DNA from: a virus
Lineage: Duplodnaviria > Caudoviricetes
IMG/VR virus record: IMGVR_UViG_3300028883_000011
Location: 1 to 57,904 of that record
Length of the DNA: 57,904 bases
Reading direction: 5' to 3' (one strand)
Shown piece after piece: positions 36,504-46,164 of this stretch. The notes under the pieces were generated by a model that worked only from the letters and a program-made list of their open reading frames with translations, was not told where the DNA came from and ran no database searches. Position 1 is the first letter of the stretch. Each line of letters opens with the position of its first letter. Made by a program: the position numbers and the translations under genes.

Positions 36504-37799
36504 ATGAAACTGAATAAATTATCACTTGATAATATCGGTAAGCTGGCACATTTCGAGATGTCGCCGGCCGGCCGATCCGTAACAATCAAAGGCCCCAATG
36601 GGGCTGGCAAAACCACCATCCTGAATTCCATCGTGCTGGGTCTATCTCAGGTAGAGGGGGTGAAGCTGTTTCCCAAGATGGTCAAAGAGGGTGAAGACTC
36701 CGGCACCATCAGGATGGAATTCGATAATGGCCTGACAGTGGAGCGGGTGGTCAACGGCGACAACTCCACGAAAAAGCTCGTCGTCAAAAACGCTGATGGG
36801 TCAAAGCTAAACCAGGGGCTGCTGAACAAAATGTTCTCCCTTATCAGCTTCAAGCTGGATCCGGTGATCGACTATGACTCCCTCCGTCAGTCCGCCGGCC
36901 TGGACTTCACCAAAATCGAAACCCGGAAAAAGAAATACTATGACGATCGGACCAAATCCAACCGGGACTTGAAGTCAAAAGAAGCCATCCTGGAAGGCCT
37001 TGAAGAGCCCCAGGCAGACTGGCCCACTGAAAAACTGTCCATGGATGCCCTCCTGAAAGAGCGAAAAGAATATGATGCGATGCGGGATCGCAACCGGGCA
37101 GAGGCAGACAGGTGCTCGAAGGCGAATGAGAAGGTGAAGAGTGAATACAACGACCTCCTTGAATCCCTGGACGAAACGGATGCCCTGATCAGCAGTAAAG
37201 AAGCTGAGATTGAAAGACTGAAAAAAGAGTGTGATGAACTCACAAAAGAAAAAGCCATGACACTCGATAAGCTGGCGTCTATTCAGGACGAAGTCAAAAA
37301 CCCCGTTCAGCCAGAGTTTGAAAAATGGACCGGCACCCAGGACATTGACGCCGAGATCTCCCAGTTGTCCGACAAAAACGAGCTCTATCAGAAACGAGTG
37401 GAACATCAGAACGCCAAGGCAGCTGTTGAAGAGGCAGAGGACTACTGGAAAACCCTAGATGAGCAATACAAAGGAGTTTTGAAAGAAGAAGCCGCCATGA
37501 TCGCAGCAGCCGACTTCAAGATTCCTGGCCTCTCCCTGGATCCGGAAACCAAAACCGTGCTGTTCAACGACCTCCCCTTCGCATCTTGTTCAAAATCCGA
37601 AGGCCTTTTGATTGGTCTCCAGTGGCTGGCCGCCCAGAATCCGAAAATGAAATTCGCTCTCACCGTGCAGGTTGAAGACTACCTGGATGATGACCATTTT
37701 GCAGAGTTTCATGCCGCATCAGAGCAGCTGGGGATCCAGATCATCAACGAGCAGGTCAGAAGTATCGACCCCAACGCTATTGTCATTACGGGGGTCTGA
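36504..37799 (+). CDS. SMC/Rad50-like coiled-coil ATPase
   Basis: Walker A GPNGAGKT, long coiled coil, degenerate signature. Confidence 0.82.
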   Translation: MKLNKLSLDNIGKLAHFEMSPAGRSVTIKGPNGAGKTTILNSIVLGLSQVEGVKLFPKMVKEGEDSGTIRMEFDNGLTVERVVNGDNSTKKLVVKNADGSKLNQGLLNKMFSLISFKLDPVIDYDSLRQSAGLDFTKIETRKKKYYDDRTKSNRDLKSKEAILEGLEEPQADWPTEKLSMDALLKERKEYDAMRDRNRAEADRCSKANEKVKSEYNDLLESLDETDALISSKEAEIERLKKECDELTKEKAMTLDKLASIQDEVKNPVQPEFEKWTGTQDIDAEISQLSDKNELYQKRVEHQNAKAAVEEAEDYWKTLDEQYKGVLKEEAAMIAAADFKIPGLSLDPETKTVLFNDLPFASCSKSEGLLIGLQWLAAQNPKMKFALTVQVEDYLDDDHFAEFHAASEQLGIQIINEQVRSIDPNAIVITGV

Positions 37800-37801
37800 T
37801 C

Positions 37802-38152
37802 ATGTTCAAGGTTCCCAATGAATACCGGATAAGAACGATCCCTGATCTCGCGAGCACCGAATTGGATGGGAACAACGGCGCTTTTCGATTTGAGTATCAG
37901 GGATATGAAGTGTTTTGTATCGCTTCGGATGGGGCCGGCTGGGATCATGTCTCGGTCAGTATTAACCGGAAGCGGACTCCCTCATGGGAGATCATGGCCC
38001 ACGTTAAATCCCGATTCTGGGATGATGAGGACTGTGTCATCCAATTTCATCCACCGAAGTCACAACACGTTAATTATCATCCATACTGCCTACATTTGTG
38101 GCGCAATCAGAACCAGGAGGTTGAACTGCCAGACAGACGGATGATTGCATAG
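37802..38152 (+). CDS. Conserved phage protein
   Basis: GWDHVSVS...RTPSWE.M..VK..FW...HPYCLHLW family motif. Confidence 0.75.
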   Translation: MFKVPNEYRIRTIPDLASTELDGNNGAFRFEYQGYEVFCIASDGAGWDHVSVSINRKRTPSWEIMAHVKSRFWDDEDCVIQFHPPKSQHVNYHPYCLHLWRNQNQEVELPDRRMIA

Positions 38153-38162
38153 GAAAGGAGTG

Positions 38163-38417
38163 ATGAATAACTGTAAGGCACTTATAGAGCTGCGCACGGT
38201 TTACGATGTCGCAAACCAATTTTTCCCCGGAGCCAATATCTGTGTTCTCCGCGATATCTTATGGAATTATACCGGATATCCGCAGTTCTGGGTTGGAGAC
38301 CCTGAGACCTGCCTCCGCCGGCAGCTGAAAGAGGCAAAAGAAGGGCTTAAAAAAGGTCTGTTTTTTGACCTCAAGCGCGGGTGGGTGGACCCCAATAAAA
38401 AAAATGGAGATGAGTGA
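38163..38417 (+). CDS. Hypothetical protein
   Basis: RBS AAGGAG. Confidence 0.6.
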   Translation: MNNCKALIELRTVYDVANQFFPGANICVLRDILWNYTGYPQFWVGDPETCLRRQLKEAKEGLKKGLFFDLKRGWVDPNKKNGDE

Positions 38418-38692
38418 TGGTGGAAATAACCGAGCGAAACAATTTTTGCAGGGTTTTTGAAATGCCGGACCAATTCCCTAAGGACTATTGCTTTGCAGGG
38501 GGGCATCCAACAGAATTTATTTTGGTGGATTGGTTCAAACCGATTCCAGCAGATCATATTTGGAATAATACACTGCAGTCATGGGAAGTCTACGAAGAGA
38601 TGATACGGGATTTTTGGAAGAAAAAAGCGTTCTTTGATTCTTCCAAAAAGTATCTTGTGATCACTAATTTTGGAAAAGCCTTTTTGATCTAA
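38414..38692 (+). CDS. Hypothetical protein
   Basis: Coupled to the upstream gene. Confidence 0.6.
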   Translation: MMVEITERNNFCRVFEMPDQFPKDYCFAGGHPTEFILVDWFKPIPADHIWNNTLQSWEVYEEMIRDFWKKKAFFDSSKKYLVITNFGKAFLI

Positions 38693-38712
38693 AAGTAGAA
38701 ATGAAAAAGGAA

Positions 38713-38979
38713 TCAAGACTGATGAGTATATCGGCTCAAATCAACAGGATCAGCAACAGTCCATTCGGTGTCAGCAATCACACTGCCTTTTACAGCGGAA
38801 AAACTCGTCTGGTCAGTGTGATGGGCGGCGAGCCCAGGTAAGTGGCCTGGGACGACGAACACTTGAGGGCTTGGATTAATTGCTTGGCGCACTTCCTGTT
38901 GGAAATAGTAGTTCACCTGGGCAGTCGGGAGTGCAAGAAATCCGGCCAATACAAATGGTGCAATTGTTTTACAGCTCAT
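38713..38979 (-). CDS. Small exported hypothetical protein on the opposite strand (moron)
   Basis: RBS AAGGAG on the minus strand; hydrophobic N-terminus. Confidence 0.55.
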   Translation of the reverse strand: MSCKTIAPFVLAGFLALPTAQVNYYFQQEVRQAINPSPQVFVVPGHLPGLAAHHTDQTSFSAVKGSVIADTEWTVADPVDLSRYTHQS

Positions 38980-39051
38980 GGTCTCCTTTTAGATTAAGTC
39001 GTTTCTTTTATTTTATCGGCTTTTTAAACAAATTCAAATGGAAAAAGTAAA

Positions 39052-39537
39052 ATGGGTTTTCTTAACAAAGTTTTATTGATCGGGAGGATCGGCCAGGATC
39101 CAGAGCTCAGGACAACCCCCTCTGGTCACAGGGTGGTCAATATCAGCCTGGCCACGACCGAGTATTTCAAGGACCAGGCCGGACAGAAGCAGGAGCGAAC
39201 CGAATGGCATCGTCTTCAATTTTGGAATCGCCAGGCGGAAGTTGTAGCGCAGTATTGCCGAAAAGGCAGCCAAATCTATGTGGAAGGCGCCCTGCAGACC
39301 CGGGAATGGCAGGATAAGGATGGCAACCGGCGGTTCTCAACAGATATTGTTGTGCGGAACCTGCAGCTGCTGGATCCGAAGCCGCAGAACGGACAGCAGC
39401 AGCACAGCCAACCACAGCAGGCAGGCAATGCACCCCAGTATCAGCAAAATCAGCCATATTACGGGAACCATGAGGTTCCTCCAGGAGTCGCCCAGGCCTT
39501 TCCTGATGCCACGGTTGAAGACGACATCCCCTATTGA
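39052..39537 (+). CDS. ssb: Single-stranded DNA-binding protein
   Basis: LNKVLLIGRIGQDPE, TEWHR, acidic DDIPY tail. Confidence 0.96.
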   Translation: MGFLNKVLLIGRIGQDPELRTTPSGHRVVNISLATTEYFKDQAGQKQERTEWHRLQFWNRQAEVVAQYCRKGSQIYVEGALQTREWQDKDGNRRFSTDIVVRNLQLLDPKPQNGQQQHSQPQQAGNAPQYQQNQPYYGNHEVPPGVAQAFPDATVEDDIPY

Positions 39538-39755
39538 GGTTTGGCATGAACAGCGATGCAGTAATCGGGCGGATGTTCCGGAATATCTTCGGGGATCGCC
39601 TGCCTGAAATAGAGAGGGCCTGGGTGCAGCGGCGCCTTGCCGAGAGAAAATGCCGGATAATTGACGTTGAGCTCCGGCAGGTTAATTCAGAAGCACTCTC
39701 TGATCTGGTGATCAAGGAACTTGAACCAACAACAATCAACCAGGCTGTATTATGA
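39534..39755 (+). CDS. Hypothetical protein
   Basis: Fills the ssb-initiator gap with overlaps. Confidence 0.5.
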   Translation: MRFGMNSDAVIGRMFRNIFGDRLPEIERAWVQRRLAERKCRIIDVELRQVNSEALSDLVIKELEPTTINQAVL

Positions 39756-40699
39756 AAAGTGGTCCTTCATTTCAATTCTATGCCCAGGATTTTCTGGTCG
39801 ACACATTAGGTTGGACCGATGAGGAAGTTGGATATTATACCAGGTTGCTTGCAATAGAATGGGTGAATGGTCCATTGCCCAAAAATGAACAAAATTTGAG
39901 AAAAATTTGGAAAAAAAGTCCAAAAAAATTTCAAAAATTGTGGCAAACACTGTCAACAAAATTTATTGAAAATCCGTCAAATTCTGAGGAGCTGATTAAC
40001 GTCCGATTAGAGAAAACCAGACAAGAGCAAATAGAGTTCAGGCTTAGGCAATCAGAGTCTGGAAGGAAGGGGGCAAGTAAGAGATGGGGGCAAAATCAAG
40101 GGGCTGAAGCCGATAGCAACCCTATAGGCGACCCTAATGACAACCCCAATGTCAACCCCAATGGCCAAAACATAGCTCTTCAGTCTTCTCCTTCTATAAA
40201 ACCCCCCTTACCCCCCTTTGAAAGAGAGGAGTTTTTGCAGAAGGTTTTGGACGGTGAGGTTCGGATGTACGACTACCTTCAGAGATATCCTGAGCCGGAA
40301 CTTGAGGTTGATGCTATTGAAGTTGTCTGGGCCCTAAGAAAGGCCAGAAACCCGAACTCTACCCGGGATCCCCAGCGCCACGAAATTGAAACAATTATCC
40401 AACACTGGCTCGGCCCGGAACACATCCCAAAGAATGACCTGATCAAAGCCGCCCAGGGCGGAGACAATGATTTTGATAGAAAGCTGCTCACGGTTGAATA
40501 CCTGTTGAAAAGATCCAATTTCAACCGTTTGATTGCAAAATACGAGGATAACATCGGCGCCCAGGAACAAGCCCAGGTTGAAGCCGAAGAACAACGCCAG
40601 GAGTTGGTAGAATCCATGCCCCAGAACCCGGCAAAACTAAAAGATCATCCAGGAATGATGGCAGCAAAGGAGCGTTTACGTGTTGGAAATACCGTATGA
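39752..40699 (+). CDS. Replication initiator (YdaU/DUF1376-like N-terminus)
   Basis: PSFQFYAQDFL.DT...EEVGYY.RLL; GRKGASKRW; PPLPP; precedes dnaB. Confidence 0.8.
   Translation: MKSGPSFQFYAQDFLVDTLGWTDEEVGYYTRLLAIEWVNGPLPKNEQNLRKIWKKSPKKFQKLWQTLSTKFIENPSNSEELINVRLEKTRQEQIEFRLRQSESGRKGASKRWGQNQGAEADSNPIGDPNDNPNVNPNGQNIALQSSPSIKPPLPPFEREEFLQKVLDGEVRMYDYLQRYPEPELEVDAIEVVWALRKARNPNSTRDPQRHEIETIIQHWLGPEHIPKNDLIKAAQGGDNDFDRKLLTVEYLLKRSNFNRLIAKYEDNIGAQEQAQVEAEEQRQELVESMPQNPAKLKDHPGMMAAKERLRVGNTV
40117..40164 (+). repeat. Four 12-bp iteron-like repeats, probable replication origin
   Basis: CAACCCTATAGG CGACCCTAATGA CAACCCCAATGT CAACCCCAATGG. Confidence 0.6.
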
Positions 40700-42035
40700 C
40701 AGGGAAGCAGAAAACGCATTGATCGGCTTACTCATCGATGAGCCGGACACGTTCGTTGAGATCTGCGATATCGTTGACCGCTACTCGTTCTGGCAACAAG
40801 AGCATGTGGAGGTGTTCTCTGCGATATCTGACATGTACGATTGCGGATATCCGATCAACAAAGTCACTGTCTGCAGTGAGCTACGGAAGCGTTCAAAGCT
40901 GGATTCATGCGGTGGAATCGAGTTCCTGAACAAGTTGATTGAAGGCATCCCGCTCGATATCAGCCCAAAAACCTGGGCCATGGAAATCAAGGATTATGCG
41001 GCGAAGCGAAAAGCAATCCAGGTCGCTGATTCAGTGATAAGGGAAGCGCAGGATCCAGGGCAGGATCTCGGCAGTGTGCTGGATAGTGCGGCAGACAAGT
41101 TATCCGAAATTACGCCAAGGAGAAATACAGCCTCTGGGATAAAAGAGGTTCTGGCCAAGTCCATGAGGGTTCTGGAGTACAGATCTGAAAATCCAGGTGT
41201 CAATGGCGTAACATCGGGATTGAAAGACCTTGATGGTTATACAGCAGGTTTTCAGCCGTCGGATTTGATTATTTTGGCAGCCAGGCCATCGGTTGGTAAA
41301 ACCGCCCTTGCTCTCAATATTTCAATAGCAGCTGCGGAGGCAGGGAAAAAAGTGCTGTTCTTTTCTCTGGAGATGGGAAAAGAGCAGCTGGGGCTGCGGA
41401 TGATGGCTATTAAGGGCCGCATTGACACAATGCGGTTTTTGTCAGGAAAGCTTGATGCAGAGGATTTTGACCGCGCTTCTGATGCCATCAATAAGCTCTC
41501 TTCATTGGGCATTAATGTTGACGATAACCCAAGCGCCAGCACCCAGTATATCCGCAGTACGATCAAAAGATATATGCGGGACGAAGGTGTTGATCTCGTA
41601 GTCATCGACTACCTGCAGTTGATGGAAGGAGATAAGTCGCTGCCCCGGGAACAGCAGATTTCCGAGATTTCGCGAAGGCTGAAGGGCTCAGCCAAGGAGT
41701 TTAATATTCCGATAATCGCTTTGTCACAACTGAACAGGGCACTGGAAAACAGGTCGGACAAGAAACCAGGATTGGCGGATCTTCGCGAGTCCGGCGCGAT
41801 CGAGCAAGATGCTGATGTAGTGATTTTTTTATACCGCGATGAAATACACAACAAAGACTCAGCTGATAAAGGTATCGCCGAAATCATCCTTGGAAAACAA
41901 CGCAACGGGCCAACCGGGACGGTTAGAGCCGCGTTTGTTGCAAGGTTCAACAAGTTCGGTGATCTGGCACCGGGGTACATACCACCACCCCCAAAACGAG
42001 CGGTAAAGCATAAAAAACACTGGCAAGATAAGTGA
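40680..42035 (+). CDS. dnaB: Replicative DNA helicase
   Basis: AARPSVGKT, FSLEM, IDYLQL, LSQLNR, DLRESGAIEQDAD, KQRNG. Confidence 0.97.
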   Translation: MLEIPYDREAENALIGLLIDEPDTFVEICDIVDRYSFWQQEHVEVFSAISDMYDCGYPINKVTVCSELRKRSKLDSCGGIEFLNKLIEGIPLDISPKTWAMEIKDYAAKRKAIQVADSVIREAQDPGQDLGSVLDSAADKLSEITPRRNTASGIKEVLAKSMRVLEYRSENPGVNGVTSGLKDLDGYTAGFQPSDLIILAARPSVGKTALALNISIAAAEAGKKVLFFSLEMGKEQLGLRMMAIKGRIDTMRFLSGKLDAEDFDRASDAINKLSSLGINVDDNPSASTQYIRSTIKRYMRDEGVDLVVIDYLQLMEGDKSLPREQQISEISRRLKGSAKEFNIPIIALSQLNRALENRSDKKPGLADLRESGAIEQDADVVIFLYRDEIHNKDSADKGIAEIILGKQRNGPTGTVRAAFVARFNKFGDLAPGYIPPPPKRAVKHKKHWQDK

Positions 42036-42041
42036 GGCGAA

Positions 42042-42458
42042 ATGGGCGTGATAGCAGATCTGCAGGCGGAGAATGAAACATTGAAGCGGAGAATCAAGGC
42101 GTTGAAAAAAGCCAGAAAAAAAAGGGTCAAAAGCCTTCGGGTGCTGTCAGCAGTTACAGGAATCCCGAAGTCAACGCTCTGGTACCGGAAATCAAGGGGG
42201 TATCCACCAAGCCTGGTAGTAGCAAAAACCCTGAAACCTGACTGTCTGTTTTTCTTCGATGGCGCCGAGCGCACTCTCTCGGGGATCGCCCGAGCAACAG
42301 GATTGACACGGTCAAAGCTGCAGTATTGGACAGACCAAGGGATGACGATTGACGAGATAATTGACGAATTTGGAGGAGGCAATGAACACATCAAAACTAA
42401 CGATCACGTACAACGGGCTGACGAAATCAGTAGCGGCCTGGGCCAGAATCACCGGTAA
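42042..42458 (+). CDS. HTH-containing hypothetical protein
   Basis: LSAVTGIPKSTL and IARATGLTRSKL helices. Confidence 0.55.
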   Translation: MGVIADLQAENETLKRRIKALKKARKKRVKSLRVLSAVTGIPKSTLWYRKSRGYPPSLVVAKTLKPDCLFFFDGAERTLSGIARATGLTRSKLQYWTDQGMTIDEIIDEFGGGNEHIKTNDHVQRADEISSGLGQNHR

Positions 42459-42714
42459 GCCCTATGCGGTATTGGTATCTCGCAAAAAAGCCGGCTGGGA
42501 TGACGCGGACATTATTGAACGGCCAGCAAGGAGATACAAAAAAAACAAATCCGGGGCCACAAAATACAAACACCCGCGGCTGAAAAATGGTTTGAGAGTA
42601 GCGACGGAAGGAGAAGCTCTCTCCGGATGTACTCCAGATCAAAGAGCTCTGCTGAATGAATTCAAACATGCTGCCGACAATGGCCGGTGGTTTTATGAAC
42701 CGGGGGTGGCGTGA
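42382..42714 (+). CDS. Hypothetical protein resembling the DNA-binding tail of HNH endonucleases
   Basis: ITYNGLTKSVAAWARITG...RKKAGW. Confidence 0.55.
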   Translation: MNTSKLTITYNGLTKSVAAWARITGKPYAVLVSRKKAGWDDADIIERPARRYKKNKSGATKYKHPRLKNGLRVATEGEALSGCTPDQRALLNEFKHAADNGRWFYEPGVA

Positions 42715-43076
42715 GACTGTCTGAACAGCAATTCAACGAGATGATGAAGAATGGAAACTGCCGAATCCTTGAAGACTCTGGTGATAGAACTTCCGTTCCC
42801 GCTGCCAACTCTAAACCAGCTGTTTGCAATGAGTTGGCAAAAAAGAATGAAGTTCCGACATTTGACGCACAAGTTAGTATCCATCTGTGTTCAAGACGCC
42901 ATGCGATCACCGACTGGGACGATCTCTGCCCAAAGTATGTCATTGATGGCCTCAGATATTGCAGAGTACTACGCAATGATTCACCCAGAGAAATCCCAAA
43001 ACCGCCGGACCACGAGCAGGTCAAGATCAAGAAAAAAGAGCAGGAAACAACGATCATCACGATCAATTTAATTTAG
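42711..43076 (+). CDS. RusA-like resolvase (divergent)
   Basis: DWDDL..KYVIDGL..CRVLRNDS motif. Confidence 0.55.
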   Translation: MRLSEQQFNEMMKNGNCRILEDSGDRTSVPAANSKPAVCNELAKKNEVPTFDAQVSIHLCSRRHAITDWDDLCPKYVIDGLRYCRVLRNDSPREIPKPPDHEQVKIKKKEQETTIITINLI

Positions 43077-43133
43077 CAATGTTCCATAATTCTGCCATCT
43101 GGCAGACCTTTTAACCGTTAATCAAGGAGAACG

Positions 43134-43466
43134 ATGAGTAACGATAGATTTCTGGAAAACATGGGCAGTTATGGCCTGGGGAATGTTGTTGGAAGGATGG
43201 CAACTCTTCAGGACAAGATTGTAGCTGCGGTTCGTGATTCAGGCCTCCAGGGAAAATTGAATCTTGCTCTTACTTTTAAGAGAGCCGGCTCCCGGGCGGT
43301 AGCGGTGTCCGCAAAGATCACACCGACGATCCCCGAGCTGCCGATCCAGACCGTGGAGATGTACGTTGATGATAACAACCATCTCCACGAAGAGGATCCG
43401 GACCAGATGACGACTGATGATGTTATCAAACCGGATTTTGGTACCAAAACAGTGAACCAGGTTTAA
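43134..43466 (+). CDS. YfdP-like prophage protein
   Basis: GKLNLALTFK...DPDQ motif; paired with the following YfdQ-like gene. Confidence 0.65.
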   Translation: MSNDRFLENMGSYGLGNVVGRMATLQDKIVAAVRDSGLQGKLNLALTFKRAGSRAVAVSAKITPTIPELPIQTVEMYVDDNNHLHEEDPDQMTTDDVIKPDFGTKTVNQV

Positions 43467-43507
43467 TCTCATTTTGAGATATTTTATCAACAAGCTGAAA
43501 ACCAAAG

Positions 43508-44416
43508 GTGAATATGGAAGAAAAAGAGCTTGAAGCATTGTTGTATGAGGGTAGCGGGGTTGCGGCCGCTATTAAGGCTGGTATGGATCTCTCATCGGTC
43601 CAGAAGATCGAGCTGTCCGAAGGGGAGAAGACTCGAGTCGTCGTCAAAGACGGATTTAAAATTGAAACGATTGACAACCATCGGGAAAGGCCTGTTTGCA
43701 AAAAGGGCAGTCGTACCTTTACCGCTGCAAAGAGCTTCTGCAGCTATGTGAACAAACACAAATCAGACGATGAAACTATTATCATCGCCGATGAAGATCA
43801 GGGCCAGATCAAAGCTATCCTGAATGACCATGGAGAATATAATCCAGCCTGGGGAGATTTCACAGCTGTTTTTGACCTGGGATTTTCCAAACAGTGGAAA
43901 ACCTGGTCGAAAAACGCAGAAACCAGAATGAGCCAGGAAGATTTCGCTGAATTCATTGACCAGAACAGAACTGACCTAATGGTTGGCGAAATTGATCTTG
44001 ACGGCGAGCCCTTCAAAAACGTCTCACCACTTGAGTTGAAATCATTAATCCTGGATCTCAGGACAACCTGGGAGCAGAAATTCTCTTCAAAACTGGATCC
44101 GGTAACCGGCGCCACAAATCTTTCGTATGTCGATGAAGAAAAGGGAAAGGGCAGTGTCACTATCCCGGATAAGTTTGTAATCGCGATTCCCATCTATAAT
44201 GCTGGTGATATTTTCATGGTGAGAATTGAACTTCGATTGCGAACGCGGGATGGCAAGGCCTTCTTCTACTATTTTATCGACCAGGTGGAAAAACTGAAAG
44301 AAGCGGCCTTCGATAAAATCTGCCAGCGGATCGAGAAAGGCAATGTTGGATCAGAGGAGAAGGAGGACCTGCAGTTCTCAGGAACCGGAATTGAGGTATT
44401 TAAAGGGAAACTGTGA
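43508..44416 (+). CDS. DUF2303/YfdQ-like protein
   Basis: SFCSYVNKH, MSQEDFAEFI, IPDKFVIAIPIY motifs. Confidence 0.8.
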   Translation: MNMEEKELEALLYEGSGVAAAIKAGMDLSSVQKIELSEGEKTRVVVKDGFKIETIDNHRERPVCKKGSRTFTAAKSFCSYVNKHKSDDETIIIADEDQGQIKAILNDHGEYNPAWGDFTAVFDLGFSKQWKTWSKNAETRMSQEDFAEFIDQNRTDLMVGEIDLDGEPFKNVSPLELKSLILDLRTTWEQKFSSKLDPVTGATNLSYVDEEKGKGSVTIPDKFVIAIPIYNAGDIFMVRIELRLRTRDGKAFFYYFIDQVEKLKEAAFDKICQRIEKGNVGSEEKEDLQFSGTGIEVFKGKL

Positions 44417-44838
44417 AAATCCATTTCCGCAAAGTGAGCGGGGTATTGGTCCCGCTCTACGATCAGGACGTTCTCGCCTTCCAAAAGATAGCTGGCGGGG
44501 ACGTTGTCTACAAGGATTTCAAGAAAATCAGAAATCCTTATTTCCATCGGAAAGGGTTTGCCTTGCTGAACCTGATTTTCGAGAACCAGGATCAGTTTGA
44601 CGATTTTGAGGAGTTTCGGCGCTGGATGAAAGTCAAGTGTGGAGTTTACAAGGAATACATTATCAACGGCAGGGCAATCATAGAAGTGGGTAGCATGAGC
44701 TTTGCGAAGATGGACGATTATGAGTTTGGGCAGGTTTATTCCAGAATCATCAATGTGGCGCTGAAATATTGCGTGCCGCGGACCTGGTCTTATGAGGAGG
44801 CAGACCGGCTGGTAAACCAGATACTGCAATTCGCGTAA
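44413..44838 (+). CDS. DUF1367 (NinB-like) protein
   Basis: RNPYFHRKGFALL...SMSFAKMD..EF..VY. Confidence 0.8.
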   Translation: MKIHFRKVSGVLVPLYDQDVLAFQKIAGGDVVYKDFKKIRNPYFHRKGFALLNLIFENQDQFDDFEEFRRWMKVKCGVYKEYIINGRAIIEVGSMSFAKMDDYEFGQVYSRIINVALKYCVPRTWSYEEADRLVNQILQFA

Positions 44839-45212
44839 TGGAAGCATATAAGCAGATATATAACAGGATGGCGCCGGTAAGACCGATCCCGAAGCCCGGG
44901 CCACCCAAAAAGCCCGCGAAGATATTGAACCGGTCAGCCAGGCAACACGATATCAAACCTCCGGAGAAAAAGCACTGTCGGTGGTGTAAAAGGGTAACTG
45001 GATCTGAGTGTTTTCGGCATTGTGAAATACCAGAACTGAAATTCAAGTACGGCAAGGGGTTGGCAATCAAAGTTGATGACAATTTGACAGTCTGGGGATG
45101 CGACGACTGCGATCGGGAAATGTCCCGAAAACCGTGGCGAGCAACTGAGCTGGAGATGCTGCAATGGGAAAACAAGTGGCTGATGGGAATTCTGGAGACT
45201 CATCTGGTGTAG
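44838..45212 (+). CDS. Nin-region zinc/HNH-like nuclease-fold protein
   Basis: CRWC...H...G...K.DD...GCDDC. Confidence 0.55.
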   Translation: MEAYKQIYNRMAPVRPIPKPGPPKKPAKILNRSARQHDIKPPEKKHCRWCKRVTGSECFRHCEIPELKFKYGKGLAIKVDDNLTVWGCDDCDREMSRKPWRATELEMLQWENKWLMGILETHLV

Positions 45213-45469
45213 ACTTCAAAAAATTTGCGCTAACGAAGCGTCGGAAGCTGCACAAGGTTTCCGATCGTCATTACTGGAAACTGTGCCCGGGGTGCGGTGA
45301 ATGGTTCGAGGTAAAATTGATTACCCGAAAGACCATTCCAAGCCACTGCCCGAAATGCAATCGAGCGAATGTTATGGCAGCCTATTATCGGGATAGGGCT
45401 ACCGATAAGGAATACGCAGGCATACTGAAAGTATTTGCAGGAGAAACCATAATCCAAGAGGAGGAATGA
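45164..45469 (+). CDS. Zinc-ribbon hypothetical protein
   Basis: CPGC...CPKC. Confidence 0.55.
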   Translation: MGKQVADGNSGDSSGVDFKKFALTKRRKLHKVSDRHYWKLCPGCGEWFEVKLITRKTIPSHCPKCNRANVMAAYYRDRATDKEYAGILKVFAGETIIQEEE

Positions 45470-45708
45470 ATAGAAAACACCACTATCTCAAAACAGAGAC
45501 AGAATACTACCAAGCCGTTGAACGCTACGAGAAGAGGTTTGAACTACGTAAAAACGACCGGGATTTTCAGGTGGGTGACATGGTTTACCTGGAAGAAGTC
45601 GTAAATGGAGAGAAAACCGGTAGATCATTACCACCTGTTGAAATTAAGTATATCTTTCACGGTGGCAAGTACGGCCTGTCATCCAATTTCTGCATCTTTT
45701 GCTGGTAA
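45466..45708 (+). CDS. DUF3850 / ASCH-like protein
   Basis: HYLKT..EYYQAV...KRFELRKNDRDFQVGD. Confidence 0.85.
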   Translation: MNRKHHYLKTETEYYQAVERYEKRFELRKNDRDFQVGDMVYLEEVVNGEKTGRSLPPVEIKYIFHGGKYGLSSNFCIFCW

Positions 45709-45715
45709 TTTTAGA

Positions 45716-45949
45716 ATGAGCAGAGAGACAACAAAGCAAGTCAGCAGCGAGTTAGAATACTGCTTCGTTTCTGACAATTACCCTTTCTACTTCGCATGGA
45801 AAAACAATTCAAAGCGCCGTGAGCTTCATGGAAGGCGTCTCCGTATTCTGGCCAGGGGAACAATGAACTCCCGCCTGGTGGAATTCGAGAACGGGCAGAT
45901 GGAGGTCATCAGCGGCCATTCAATCAGGAGAATTAAATGCCAAGGGTAA
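45716..45949 (+). CDS. Hypothetical protein
   Basis: Open frame between coupled genes. Confidence 0.55.
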   Translation: MSRETTKQVSSELEYCFVSDNYPFYFAWKNNSKRRELHGRRLRILARGTMNSRLVEFENGQMEVISGHSIRRIKCQG

Positions 45950-46164
45950 GAAAAGTCTTTGATGAACCAACCCATGTCCCGGCTAGAAAGACAAGAAAGC
46001 CGAAGTTTGATCCAAGTAGCAAGTACATCAACGAAGCCGTTGAGGAGTATTTGAAACGTGGCGGCAAGATCACACGGCTGATTATTGAAGAAGAGACCCC
46101 GGTTGAGATTATCAGTAATTATGCAGACTCGCATCTGAACCCCGGGCTGGAGCTGGCATGTTGA
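45937..46164 (+). CDS. Hypothetical protein (EYLKRGGKIT motif)
   Basis: RBS AGGAG. Confidence 0.55.
   Translation: MPRVRKVFDEPTHVPARKTRKPKFDPSSKYINEAVEEYLKRGGKITRLIIEEETPVEIISNYADSHLNPGLELAC

Noticed and set aside
40680-42035. Intein or intron in DnaB or terminase
   Set aside because: Both have normal length and contiguous motifs
41609-42394. Long antisense ORFs (also 33430-34152, 44269-44904, 1660-2202)
   Set aside because: They lie opposite well-supported genes and have no recognisable motifs
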